Source of the DNA: Eledone cirrhosa
Taxonomy: Eukaryota
Assembly (NCBI GenBank): GCA_964016885.1
Contig: OZ024742.1
Coordinates: 197,036,001 to 197,100,000 of the forward strand
Length of the DNA stretch: 64,000 nt
Direction: 5' to 3'
Of this stretch, positions 29,335 through 41,780 are shown piece after piece (the first letter of the stretch is position 1; the number at the start of each line of letters is the position of its first letter). The position numbers were made by a program, and so were the translations under genes. The notes below the pieces were generated by a model that was not told the origin of the DNA, did no database searches, and was given only the letters and a program-made list of their open reading frames with translations.

Positions 29335-29882
29335 ACATACATGATGGCTGCCCCCTCGTTAATGAGTATGGCCCTTGAACGATATACCATTATTAATAAT
29401 TATTAATTAATTCTATCGTGCAATGCCTGTGCGTGGCGATAATTTTTAAAGTGAGGAAAGACTGTGCACTGAGCCAATCCCACTCTCTGAGCGACAACAG
29501 CTATAACCCGAAAAGAAGAATAGATCAACATCATCGGTAACTACTGAGCCGCAAGTTTTATATCTGAGTTATCCCAGTTTCCTGAGTTGCCTTCTCCTAG
29601 AAGAATACCCTGACAAAGGCTAGGGGTCCTTCACTCCCAGTGGCTTAACCGCACGGTGTATATACATATTTATATATACATGTGTATATACATTTTTACA
29701 CACTTTTGGATGGCCGTTGACTCTTATGAGTTCTTCTGCCCTTTGTCAAGTTTTGTTTTTCTCCTGCCGGGTGTCCAAAATCACCCCCCTCACCAAGTAA
29801 ACTTGGTAGGGTTGAGAGTTTAGTCGCCGACGACCCGACCATGTGACAGGTTGTACTGGGTTACATGACACCAGTAACACTC
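29335..29882 (-). mobile_element. RTE-derived short element
   Basis: Reverse-complement homology to 981-1535, including the (ATGT)n tail. Confidence 0.7.
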
Positions 29883-30057
29883 ATATACATACATATATAT
29901 ATATGTATATTATATATATATATATGTATATTTATACACACACATATATATATGTATAAATGTATATATATATATATACACACACACTCACACATATATA
30001 TATATATACATATATACATATATACATATGTATAAATATATATATATATATATATAG

Positions 30058-30900
30058 AAAAAAAGATGAAATCGAAAATGCAATTGGAGTCTTATTTAAA
30101 ATATATATATATATTTATTTGGTTCCTTTACCGGCTTCGCAGTTCTTCTTCTTTTCAAAAGTAGAGTTGAGATGGAGGGTCTGTGGTTTTTCTCACATCT
30201 GGTTGGTCTTTAAATGTTACTTGTTTCATATGGAAAAAAGTGGCTCGAGACGCCACGTTTTTAGAGAAGTAATTTGATTGGTTGGTCAATAAGTATAATA
30301 AATTTCGCGCCAGTTCGCGTTACAAAGTTCTTCAAACAGAGGGGGAATTGGGGGGCTCATGTTGTTTTTTCATATATGAGTGTTTGAATTTCTTTTTACT
30401 TAAAAAAGAGGTTCACGAAGGCTTTTTTAAATAAATGTAATTTGATTGGTTATAAATGAACAAGTTCATTTAGAGAATTTTCTGACAAACAAAAGATAAT
30501 GGTCAAGAGAAATGGGATGGGAGAATTGTTCTGGTTCAGTGAATATAGCAAGTTGTTTTTTCATATATGAGTGAAGTTTGGTTGGTTGATGTAGTCACGT
30601 GAATAAGTATATCAGCTGTCGCGTCAGTTTGTTTGAATTTCTTTTTACTTAAAAAAAAGTGGTTCACGAAGGCTTTTTTTTTAATAAATATAATTTGATT
30701 GGTTATAAATGAAATTATGACTGTCACGTGAACAAGTTCATTAAATTTCGCGCCCCTATTTGGGAATTTATTTTGTAGCCTTTTAGAGAATTTTATGACA
30801 AGCAAAAGATAATGGTCAAGAGAAATGTGATGGGAGAATTGTTCTGGTTCAGTGAATATGGTTGGTTCGCTAGGGTGTCAGAATTCAGATTTTCTATTGA
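30058..30900 (-). mobile_element. Probable Penelope-like 3' region with an internal tandem duplication
   Basis: 30058-30200 is homologous (inverted) to 34702-34846, which contains GAAAC CG GTA. About 30360-30547 is repeated at about 30551-30858. Confidence 0.5.
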
Positions 30901-31255
30901 AATAAAGAAAGTAAAGATATGTATGTTTATTTGTGTATGTGTGTGTGTGTGTATAGGAAGATGATTCTATTAGTAGAAATGATTCTATTAGTAGAAATGG
31001 GGGAGGGAGTTGTGTGTGTGTGTGTGTGTGTGTATGGGTGTTATGTGTGTGTGTGTATGTGTGTGGGAGTATGTGAAGATGGAGAAAATATATATATTTT
31101 GTGTGTGTGTATATGTGTGTAGGAAAGTGATTTAATTAGTAGAAATGGGGGAGGGAGATGTGTGTGTGGGGGGGGGGGCGTGTTATGTGTGTGTATGGGT
31201 GTTTTGTGTGTGTGTGGGAGTATGGTTAGCATGTTAAGATCAAGAGAATATATAT

Positions 31256-31291
<36 letters not shown>

Positions 31292-31497
31292 TGTAGGAAA
31301 ATGATTCCGTTAGTAGGAATATTTTTGAATGAACATATTTTCCTTACTTATTCGTATTTGTTCTGTTGTATTGTCAGCGCAAACGTATGTTAAGGTTTAT
31401 TTAGTTCGGGTTTTTATTTTCTAAAGTAGAAGGTGTTATGTGTGTGTGTATGTGTCTGTTTGGATGGTTAGCATGTTATGGTGTTGACATCATGTAT

Positions 31498-32075
31498 ATT
31501 AAACCATATTTAATGCTGGTCTATATTTTTGAATAAACATATTTTACTTATTTATTCGTATTTGTTCTGTTGTATTGTCAGCGCAAAGGTAAAATGGGAA
31601 GACTTGGAATTTGGGTGTCTTATTACTTGCGCATATGTTTAGATGAGCACTTAGTGGTATCTGTCTCGTGGTTGGATCGTAATTGTTGGCGATGAACTGT
31701 CATTCCCTTTCTGAGTGTGAGTTTAGTTTGTCCTATATAATCTTCATTGCATCCTTTACATTTAATGGCATAAATTAAATTTTTTGATGAGCAAGTGAAG
31801 TGATTTTTTACAGCAAAATTTTGTCCTGATTTAAATGTATACATGTTGCCTTCAATGAGGTGAGTGCAGGTTCCACAATTAGAGGGACCACATTTTTTGA
31901 CAGTTGGTTGTGGGTTTGTGGTAGGTAATTTGGCATTGGTGAGTAATGTTTTCAGTGTTTTCGGTTGTCTTTTGCTTTTGATTATTTTGTGTGTTTCAAG
32001 GGCTTTTTTCATTCTTGGGTCTTGTTTCAGTAGTGCCATGTTCTTGTGAATAGTGTTGTAAGCTTCCGCATTTCT
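31498..32075 (-). pseudogene. Decayed Neptune-type Penelope-like GIY-YIG endonuclease
   Basis: SKRQPKTLK..L, CGPSNCGTC, FTCSSKNLIYAIKCKGCNEDYIGQT...H. A frameshifted C-terminus (...ENMFIQKYRPALN) follows and is partly duplicated at 31321-31383. Confidence 0.85.
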
Positions 32076-32569
32076 TAGGTTGTGTGTTGAGATATATGAT
32101 AGAATATTGGACGTACCTTGAATTTGTTTCTGTTTTCGTAATTCATCAATATATATTTATATATACATATATATATACATATGTATATGTACATAAATGT
32201 ATATATGTATATATATATATACATATATATACATACATACATATATATATATACATAAATGTATATATGTATATATATATATATACATGTATATATACAT
32301 ACATACACATATATATATATATGCATAAATGTATATATGTAGATATATATATATATACATATATATAGATACATATATATATATACATATATATACATAT
32401 GTATATGTACATAAATGTATATATATACATATATATACATACATATATATATATACATATATATATATACATAAATGTATATATGTATATATATATATAT
32501 ACATGTATATATACATACACACTCATATATATATATATACATAAATGTATATATGTATATATATATATA

Positions 32570-32605
32570 TAAAGGACCGATCGACTTTCGTCAAATCGGA
32601 CCTAG

Positions 32606-32680
<75 letters not shown>

Positions 32681-33117
32681 TGTATATATACATACATATC
32701 TATATATACATAAATGCATATATCCTAAACGGACGATAGTCCGTTTAGTAATATTGTAGTGGTCGTGTTTTCGTTGGCAATATATATATATATAAACATA
32801 TATATATATATAAACATATATATATATATATATATATATAAGTATATATATATATATATATATATATATGTTTATCTATATATATATGTTTATATATATG
32901 TTTATATATATATATATATGTTTATATATATAAGTATATATATATATGTATATGTATATATATGGACCGGACGATGCATAATGTCCTTGAACAAGACACT
33001 TTATTTCACGTTGCTCCTTCCACCTGGAGTTGCGACCGATAGATAGTACTAGCAACTGGAAAGACCAACGGAAACTGTTTCCTAGGTCCGATTTGACGAA
33101 AGTCGATCGGTCCTTTA
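32570..33117. repeat. 36-bp inverted repeats enclosing (TA)n tracts and a SINE fragment
   Basis: taaaggaccgatcgactttcgtcaaatcggacctag (32570-32605) and its exact reverse complement at 33082-33117. Confidence 0.8.
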
Positions 33118-33158
33118 TATATATATATATATATATATACATATATATATACATATAC

Positions 33159-33204
<46 letters not shown>

Positions 33205-33251
33205 TAAAATAAAAGATTTTAGTCTTCAAATTTATTATTATTACTATATAC

Positions 33252-33286
<35 letters not shown>

Positions 33287-33288
<2 letters not shown>

Positions 33289-33715
33289 CGATATTAAGCA
33301 AATGGAAACTATATTTATAAAACCATATTTATTTCATTATATATATTTCAGGGATATCATATTAAAAATATGGTATGCCCTCTTCAGACAAAATACAATA
33401 TATAAATAAATTTGACATACCTTAAACTTTACAACTTCCATTTAAAAAGTTGTTTTTAAATGGAAGTTGTAAAGTTTAAGGTATGTCAAATTTATTTATA
33501 AAACTGTTTATATATTGTATTTTCTCTGAAGAGCGCATACCATATTTTTAATATGATATCCCTGAAATATATATAATGAAATAAATATGGTTTTATAAAT
33601 ATAGTTTCCATTTGCTTAATATCGTAAACCTACTCCAAAAACTTGTTGAGTGCTTTTATATCAGTTATAAAATATTTACTCGTTGTAACCCAACAATTTT
33701 AAATAAAACTTTTGC
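33287..33715. mobile_element. 340-bp palindrome (family D) with a hammerhead on each strand, plus a tail
   Basis: Arms 33287-33448 and 33453-33626. CTGAAGA...GAAA TATATATA atga at 33334-33391 (-) and 33522-33579 (+). Confidence 0.85.
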
Positions 33716-33719
33716 ATAT

Positions 33720-33803
<84 letters not shown>

Positions 33804-34269
33804 CATATATATATATATATATATACATATATATACATATATATATATATATATACATATATATACTATATACATTTCGCCTGCTCTCTAGCTAGCCTAT
33901 TTCATCTACACTCCTTAGTATTCACTTTCAACGCTTGACCGGATCCACCCACTCCCTCATTGTTCTACAGGCAAGTTCAGCCACCCACCGCCATGAAAGA
34001 TTTAATTGTGTTTACAAGTAATTTTGACCAATCCTTTTGACAACTAAAATCTTCCCATATATGGAAAAGTTCGGCTATTTATTACCACGCTAAAAATCTA
34101 ATTTAGTCCAGAAATAGCCGTCGAAACGGCTTGAGCTCTGCCGTCGGGGTCTTGGACATTTTCCTATTACCCACTCTACTACCCTAAGTATTGAGTACTC
34201 TGGTGCGTTATGGTCCACCTGCTTCCTTACCACACTTCCTTCGTTATACATAAATGTATATATATATAT

Positions 34270-34428
34270 GTCCCAAGGCTCTGATACCATCAACACTATA
34301 AACACAGAGCTGGCATATCTAAGAACTGACTAACTCCTGATGAGGTCATAGCCATTCAATGGTTATCATCGAAATATATATAGCAGTAAATAAATGATTA
34401 TGAGTTCATGCAATTGACTTATATTTCG

Positions 34429-34480
<52 letters not shown>

Positions 34481-34700
34481 TGACGAAATATAAGTCAATT
34501 GCATGAACTCATAATCCTTTATTTACTGCTATATATATTTCGAAATATATATAGCAGTAAATAAAGGATTATGAGTTCATGCAATTGACTTATATTTCGT
34601 CACTTATATATATATATATATATATGTATAAGTGACGAAATATAAGTCAATTGCATGAACTTATAATCCTTTATTTGCTGCTATATATATTTCGATGATA
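34270..34700. mobile_element. Hammerhead element with four alternating-orientation copies of a ~62-bp end
   Basis: CTGATGA at 34337, hairpin atagccatt/aatggttat, GAAA TATATATA gcagt. Units at about 34370-34432 (+), 34480-34541 (-), 34542-34603 (+) and 34632-34700 (-). Confidence 0.75.
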
Positions 34701-34914
34701 AAAATGTGAAAAACCACAGACCTTCCATCTCAACTCTACTTTTGAAAAGCAGAAGAACTGCGAAACCGGTAAAGGAACGAAATAAATATATATATTTAAA
34801 AAAAAAAATAAGACTCCAGTTGCATTTTCGATTTCATCTTTTTTTCTTTATACTTTCACTCGTGTAGGACACCTCGGTTATTTTTCATTTTGTTAAAAAA
34901 AAACTCACTTTCTA

Positions 34915-34957
<43 letters not shown>

Positions 34958-35149
34958 TATAACGAAGGAAATGTGGTAAGGAACCAGGTGGACCATAACG
35001 CACCAAAGTACTCAATACTTAGGGTAGTAGAGTGGGTAATTGGAACAAGTAAGACCCCGACGGCTGAGCTCAAGCCGTTTCGACGGCTAATTCTGTACAG
35101 AATTAGCCGTCGAAACGGCTTGAGCTCAGCCGTCGGTGTCTTACTTGTT

Positions 35150-35197
<48 letters not shown>

Positions 35198-35202
<5 letters not shown>

Positions 35203-35632
35203 CTGATGGTAGCTATGATGCTTCCATAGGCGGTATTCCGGTTGAGTACTCTATGCTCTTGCAGAGCAGAGTATGATATAATAGAAAACGAAAAATCAGT
35301 GATGCATCTGAACTCAGTTTGTTGTGTGTTACAATAGTTTTGCCGGCGGACAGCTCGAGACGCGATCTTTGTGTGGATCTGTCTGATTCTGGACCCGCAG
35401 GTTCGACGGACACGTCTAATGATTTCGGAGCATATTGTCTCACTGGGTTATCTGACCCTCAAGGCCAGTACCGTCAAAAACTTCATCCTCTTCCCGAGTC
35501 CTGTGATTGGCCGCTGGTTGTCTACGTCATCGTAATTCTCACCACAGGTACCAGTCCGCTGACCATCAGGGTGTTAGCTATCCCATGTCTGCTGCACTTC
35601 AATAAATTACTGCTGTGTTTGGTAGTTCACAC
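35198..35632 (+). mobile_element. Possible solo LTR
   Basis: GC-richer unique island with TG...CA ends and AATAAA at 35601, between microsatellites. No partner LTR or TSD was verified. Confidence 0.3.
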
Positions 35633-35652
35633 ATCCATGCGCATGCGCGCAT

Positions 35653-35834
<182 letters not shown>

Positions 35835-36336
35835 GCACACACACACACACACAATCACACAATCACACACACACACAATCACATAGAGAACGACAGTCGT
35901 ACGCATAGACGCCCGCTATACACACACATTTAAGGAGAACATATAAACATAAACATACGCATACATGCAGCCAAAGAGACACGTACATACACAGACACAT
36001 GCCCACATGCCTATATACATCAACATACACACACACATGTGCATATACATGCATACGCGTATATATACCTGTACACACAAACAAGCCCAGACATATACAT
36101 AGACCCCCCTTCCACCCACGCACACACATATATATATACACGTACCCATATACATATATACACACACAGATACACACTCGCTCGGAAACACACATATATA
36201 CACACAAACAAGCCCTTTCCCTACACGGGTGCTTGTCCACACACACACACACACAGGTTCATATACACTCTTACAAATATGCGCATATACACATTTTTAT
36301 ATATATATATATATACACATATTTTTCATATACACA

Positions 36337-36378
<42 letters not shown>

Positions 36379-36383
<5 letters not shown>

Positions 36384-36966
36384 AATGAATAATAACAGGT
36401 AGACATCATAAAAAGGTAATTTATTCCGTGTGCTTACAATTCCGACCTTAACTATCAACGCATCTCTCCAAAAGTAACCAGTACAATAAAACCCCTACCA
36501 TAACATTTTGATTAAGATATCTACAAACCACTCTCTCCTACTTCTCCAACCCCTGCACATCTTTCTCTCTCTCTCCCTCTCCCCTACTTTTCTCTCTCCC
36601 TTTTTCTACTCTATCTTCCCCAACAACCCCACTTAAGGGTATTTACATTGTACATTTTACCATTCTGCTCTGAGGAAACAGTGGTCACAGCATTGGATAT
36701 TTGAGTTCTGCAAGTACTTGTGAATTTGCACATAGCATAACTAGGCTGTAGTACCACCGTGGAAACACTTGTAAGCACACGGAATAAATTACCTTTTTAT
36801 GATGTCTACCTGTTATTATTCATTCTTTATATACACTCCGGAATACAGGATCAGGAACTAAGTTTCTTCAACAATTCTTCCATAACTCGTAGAGTAACTT
36901 CTTACAGTACGTCAACCATATCCAGTGTAGTAATTAACCATTACTACATCTTGGATAATCCTATAC

Positions 36967-36970
<4 letters not shown>
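36379..36970 (+). mobile_element. Penelope-type 3' fragment with an inverted 5' end and a long-stem-II hammerhead
   Basis: 36379-36439 is the reverse complement of 36769-36829. TGCT CTGAGGA [acagtggt..accaccgt hairpin] GAAAC ACTT GTA AGCA at 36666-36777, followed by AATAAA. Confidence 0.78.
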
Positions 36971-37009
<39 letters not shown>

Positions 37010-37269
37010 TTATATATATATATATATATATATATACTTATATATATATATGTATGTGTGTATGTATGTATTTTTTTATATGTATATATTTATAACAAGA
37101 TTCATCCTTTCATGTATGATCCATTGTGTATCTTTATATGACTTTGTGTGTATATTATTTTTATGTATATATATATATATATATGTATATTTTTATATTT
37201 TTTTATGCGTGTGCGCGTGTGTATATGAATATGCGCATATTTGTAAGAGTGTATATGAACCTGTGTGTG

Positions 37270-37840
37270 TACAAACAAACAGAACATTATAATAAATGTT
37301 CGGTAAACCGATACGTGCATATATATATGTGTGCATGTATGTATATATATATATACATACTACTGTACGTCTGTACACATATATGTATGTACGTATACAT
37401 ACTTATATTTAGTTATCAGCCGTACGAAGAGTGAGAAATGAAATTTCGTTTCATTCTTTTCCATTTATCGTTTTCGGTACGCCCGGCCGACTAACTCACT
37501 CGATATGCAAATTAGGCTGCTCAGCCGTTAATATGCACAAGGAAAGTATATACTTTCAAACGTTCAATCATCTGACAGAAAGGTATACGATGCTGACGAT
37601 AGTTAATAAGCTTGAAACTAGTACATCATTCCTGTGTCAGTGTTGAACAAAAGGGCGACGATGGTTGCCGAGCACTGTACGGCGTAATTCGGGCTGTTTG
37701 TTTACAAACACACCGAGCATTATAATAAATGTTCGGTAAACCCATACGTACATATATATATGTGTGTGCATGTATGTATATATATATACATACTACTGTA
37801 CGTCTGTACACATATATGTATGTACGTATACATACTTATA
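37270..37840 (+). mobile_element. Family A hammerhead element as a partial tandem (about 433-bp period)
   Basis: cattataataaatgttcggtaaacc occurs at 37285 and 37718. Hammerhead GATG CTGACGA t agtt-aata-agct t GAAAC TA GTA CATC at 37589-37627. Confidence 0.8.
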
Positions 37841-37886
37841 TATATGTATATATATAAGTATACATATATATATATATATATACATT

Positions 37887-38435
37887 TAATATATAAGATC
37901 AAAAGATGGTTAAAAGAGTTCCATGTATTTTATTATACGCATTTCAAAAACAAATATCATCATGCGATGACATTTGCGTTTTCGTCAGATAAAATAGGGA
38001 GACATGATATGAAGGTTAAAAAACACTTGTGAATAGTGCAGTTTTAAATCAACATATATATGTGGAGGGAGATGTGGACGCAGGGTGGTACACTTGTCTA
38101 CAGCCAGCATCACCAGTGTGGAACCTATATCTTGCTCAGAACATTGACCTCCTGAAAACTGATCAGGGACGTACAACCAATATATGTTGATTTAAAACTG
38201 CACTATTCACAAGTGTTTTTTAACCTTCATATCATGTCTCCCTATTTTATCTGACGAAAACACAAATGTCATCGCATGATGATATTTGTTTTTGAAATGC
38301 GCATAATAAAATACATGGAACTCTTTTAACCATCTTTTGATCTTATATATTATTTATACTCCAGTCCTACAAACTGTAGAGTGCTACTTATCCGATATCT
38401 GCATTGCTTTATTGTACTACAATAAAACTCATCTC
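37887..38435. mobile_element. Fold-back element with ~172-bp arms, a hammerhead in each arm and a LINE-derived spacer
   Basis: Arms 37887-38059 and 38180-38352. TATTTTAT CTGACGA aaacacaaatgtcatc-gcat-gatgatatttgttttt GAAA T GCGC ATA ATAAAATA at 38243-38313, mirrored at 37926-37996. Confidence 0.88.
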
Positions 38436-38449
38436 CTACATATATATAC

Positions 38450-38502
<53 letters not shown>

Positions 38503-38671
38503 TATATATATATATATACATATAAATGTATATATGCTTATTCTTCATACTGAACTCTACCTCGTGTGTATGTGTGTGTATGTGTGAGTAAGTGTGTGTA
38601 TGCGCGTGCAAGTGTGTCTATGCGCGTGCAAGTGTGTGCAGGTGTGTGCATGTGTGAGCATGTGTGTGCAT

Positions 38672-39850
38672 GTTTACCTTGACTTTGCTAAAGCTTTTAA
38701 TTTTGTGCCACACAAAAGACTTATGGCAAAACTCCCTGCAATGGGTGTGAAGGATGATCTTTTTTAACTGGTTGAAGTCCTTCATTCTCAGTCGAAGAGA
38801 GGTAGTCGCGGTGCTAGAACAGCATCTGGTGTACCACAGGGATCTGTTCTTGTTCCCCTTTTGTTTGTGGCATATATTAATGATATAGATGCCAACTTAA
38901 AGAATGCCCCAGTACTGAAATATGCAGATGACATCAAGCTGTACCTTGAGATAAAAAGGACAGATCCTGAACACTATAGATCTTTCCTGCAATCTGACCT
39001 GGACACAATGCAGCAATGGATCACAGACTGGCAACTCAAGCTGGCTGTGGACAAGTGTACCACCCTGCGTCCACATACTCCCTCCACAACACTAATATCA
39101 AGAAGTCTTCTTGTGAACGTGACCTGGGCATTACGTCAGCAGCGATTTGCGTTGGACGAAGCACGTCTCTAAAATTGTCAAGAAGTCTGAGGGTGTCTTA
39201 GCATCAGTCCGCAAGACCTTTGTCAGCCCTCTCCAGCTATCTACTTAAGACTGTATATAGCTATGATGCGGCCACACTTAAAATTTGCATCACCAGTGTG
39301 GAACCCATATCTTGCTCAGAACATTGACCTCCTGAAAACTGATCAGGGACGTACAACCAAGCGAATACCCTCCATCAGGCATCTATCATACTCTGAACGC
39401 CTTGCTTCTCTGGGAAGCTCCGACGTCTGGCAAGTGACTTGGTAAACACCTACAACATTTTTAACCATCTTGACAACAAAAACCCTGAGCCCCTTTTTGA
39501 TTTCCATGTGTCTAACATACGTGGGCATGCCTACAAAATCAGAAAACAGCACAGTTCCCATGACTTTCGGAAACATCTTTTCACGCTCAGATTTGCTGAA
39601 GCATGGAACAAACTGCCTGCGTCAGTTGTTAGCTGTCGAGACACTGCATCCTTTAAAACCCTCATGCTTCCTGAAATTCGCCGACACTACACCTGATGTA
39701 CCCCTTCCATACACATGCACACGTGTATATCATGACACATGCACTGTTCATTTTCCTGACATTTGTACATTATTCTATGCACTATACATACACCTTTGAT
39801 GAGTTGTAGTGCACCTGAGCACTGTACACAATAATTTCATTATTATTATA
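38672..39850 (+). mobile_element. Decayed 5'-truncated CR1-group LINE
   Basis: YLDFAKAF..VPHKRL, GVPQGSVL, YADDIK and RPHLKFASPVWNPY motifs with frameshifts and deletions; (ATT)n tail. Confidence 0.9.
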
Positions 39851-39851
39851 G

Positions 39852-39884
<33 letters not shown>

Positions 39885-40785
39885 ACGAAGGAAATGTGGT
39901 AAGGAACCAGGTGGACCATAACGCACCAAAGTACTCAATACTTGAGGTAGTAGAGTGGGTAATAGGAACCAGTAAGACCCCGACGGCTGAGCTCAAGCCG
40001 TTTCGACGGCTAATTCGACGGCATATATATATATATGCACACATGCACACACATGCACACACATGCACACATATGCACACAGACACACTTACACGCACAT
40101 GCACACACATACACACAAGGTAGAGTGCACACTTTGCGTCGGTGTAAAGGAATATACTGGCTCGCCTGCACAAGTATTTGTGCATATGTTTAGGAACTAG
40201 CAACGGCGTAAGTATGTGCAAAAACATTATATACATCAGGCGCACCCCCCCCCCATATATATATATGCACAAATACTTGTGCAGGCGAGCCAGTATATTC
40301 CTTTACACCGACGCAAAGTGTGCATGCCTGCATACACATGTGCACTTATTCGTACATACTCAACTCTACCTTGTGTGTATGTGTGTGCATGTGTGTGCGT
40401 GTGTGCATGTGTTCATGTGTGTGTGTGTGTGTGTGTGTGCGTGTATGTACGTGTGCACGTGAGTGTATGCGTGTGCAAGTGTGTGTATATATGTGTGCGT
40501 AAGTGTGTGTATGCGTGTGCATATGTGTGTATGTGTATGCAAGTGTGTGCAAGTGTATGTATGTGTGTTTGAAAGATACACTAACACAACATTCCACTGC
40601 CCTCCCCTTCCCCACTCACAGCACACCTTCCCCACCGAGACCTCTACCATCATCAGTAATATGTAATTCTTTCATCTTATTTGATACAACAGTAAAACAG
40701 CAAAACATCTGAATTGGAGAGCTGTAATTTAGCATCTATTTCTTACGCTGACAGACTTTCTACGTAAGAAGTAGAACAAAATAAC

Positions 40786-41505
40786 AATTGTTTCTACTTT
40801 TGGCACAAGGCCAGCAATCACCCAGTACATTACAGGTACTTTATTTTATCGACCCCTTAAGGATGAAAAGCAAAGTTAACCTCTGCGGGATTTAATAATG
40901 ATTTCTGATTTAGGCACAAGGTCAACAATTTTTTGGGGTAGGAGAAAGTCAATTAAATCGACCCCAGTGCATTACTGGTACTTTATTTTATCGACCCCTG
41001 TAGGAATGAAAGACAAAATTAACATCGACGGGATTTGAACTCAGACCGTAAAGAGGTATAACTCTATGCTGCAAAGCATGGCGTCCTTTAGGTACAAGGC
41101 TAGCAATTTGAAGGGGAGGGCAAAGTCGATTAAAAGATCCCAGTGAGTAACTGGTACTTTATTTTATCGACCCCGTAAGGATGAAAGGCAAAGTTAACCT
41201 CGGCGGGATTTGATCTCAGATCATAAAGGGCCTTAACTCTATGCTGCAAAGCATGGCGTCCGACGCTCTACCGATACTGCCAATCCACTAATTGTTTCTA
41301 CTTGAGGCACAAGGCCAGCAATTTGAGGGGGAGGGGAAAGTCGATTGAAAGACCTTAGTGTATCACTGGTGTCTTATTTTATCGACCCGTAAGGATGAAA
41401 GGCGAAGGTAACTTGGGCAGGATTTGAACTCAGAAAGTAAAGGGCTGTAACTCTATGCCGCAAAGAATATTATCTAACGCTCTACCGATACTGTCAATCC
41501 ACTGC
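40786..41505 (-). mobile_element. Head-to-tail cluster of four family-1 SINEs
   Basis: Repeated g(c/t)acaagg...ttattttatcgaccc..aggatgaaa units near 40800, 40910, 41090 and 41305. Confidence 0.85.
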
Positions 41506-41780
41506 CCTCATATAATAATAATACAAATTATGTCAAATAAAATGTCAAGCTGATCAGACGATCGTATTCCTGTTTTTAAGGGTTTCACTTTTCACAACAT
41601 TCCCCTTTGTTATCTCAAACAATTATGGCTACCTTTTACTTTACTTTGTCTTATTTTTACTATTCTTTTTCTTATGTCTTTTATAGTTTTTTTACTATTC
41701 CTTTCTTTTTCTTCGTTTTTATTTTTATCTTCTTATGACATGGCTGATAAGTTACAGTAGGTAGTAGAATTGTGATACTG

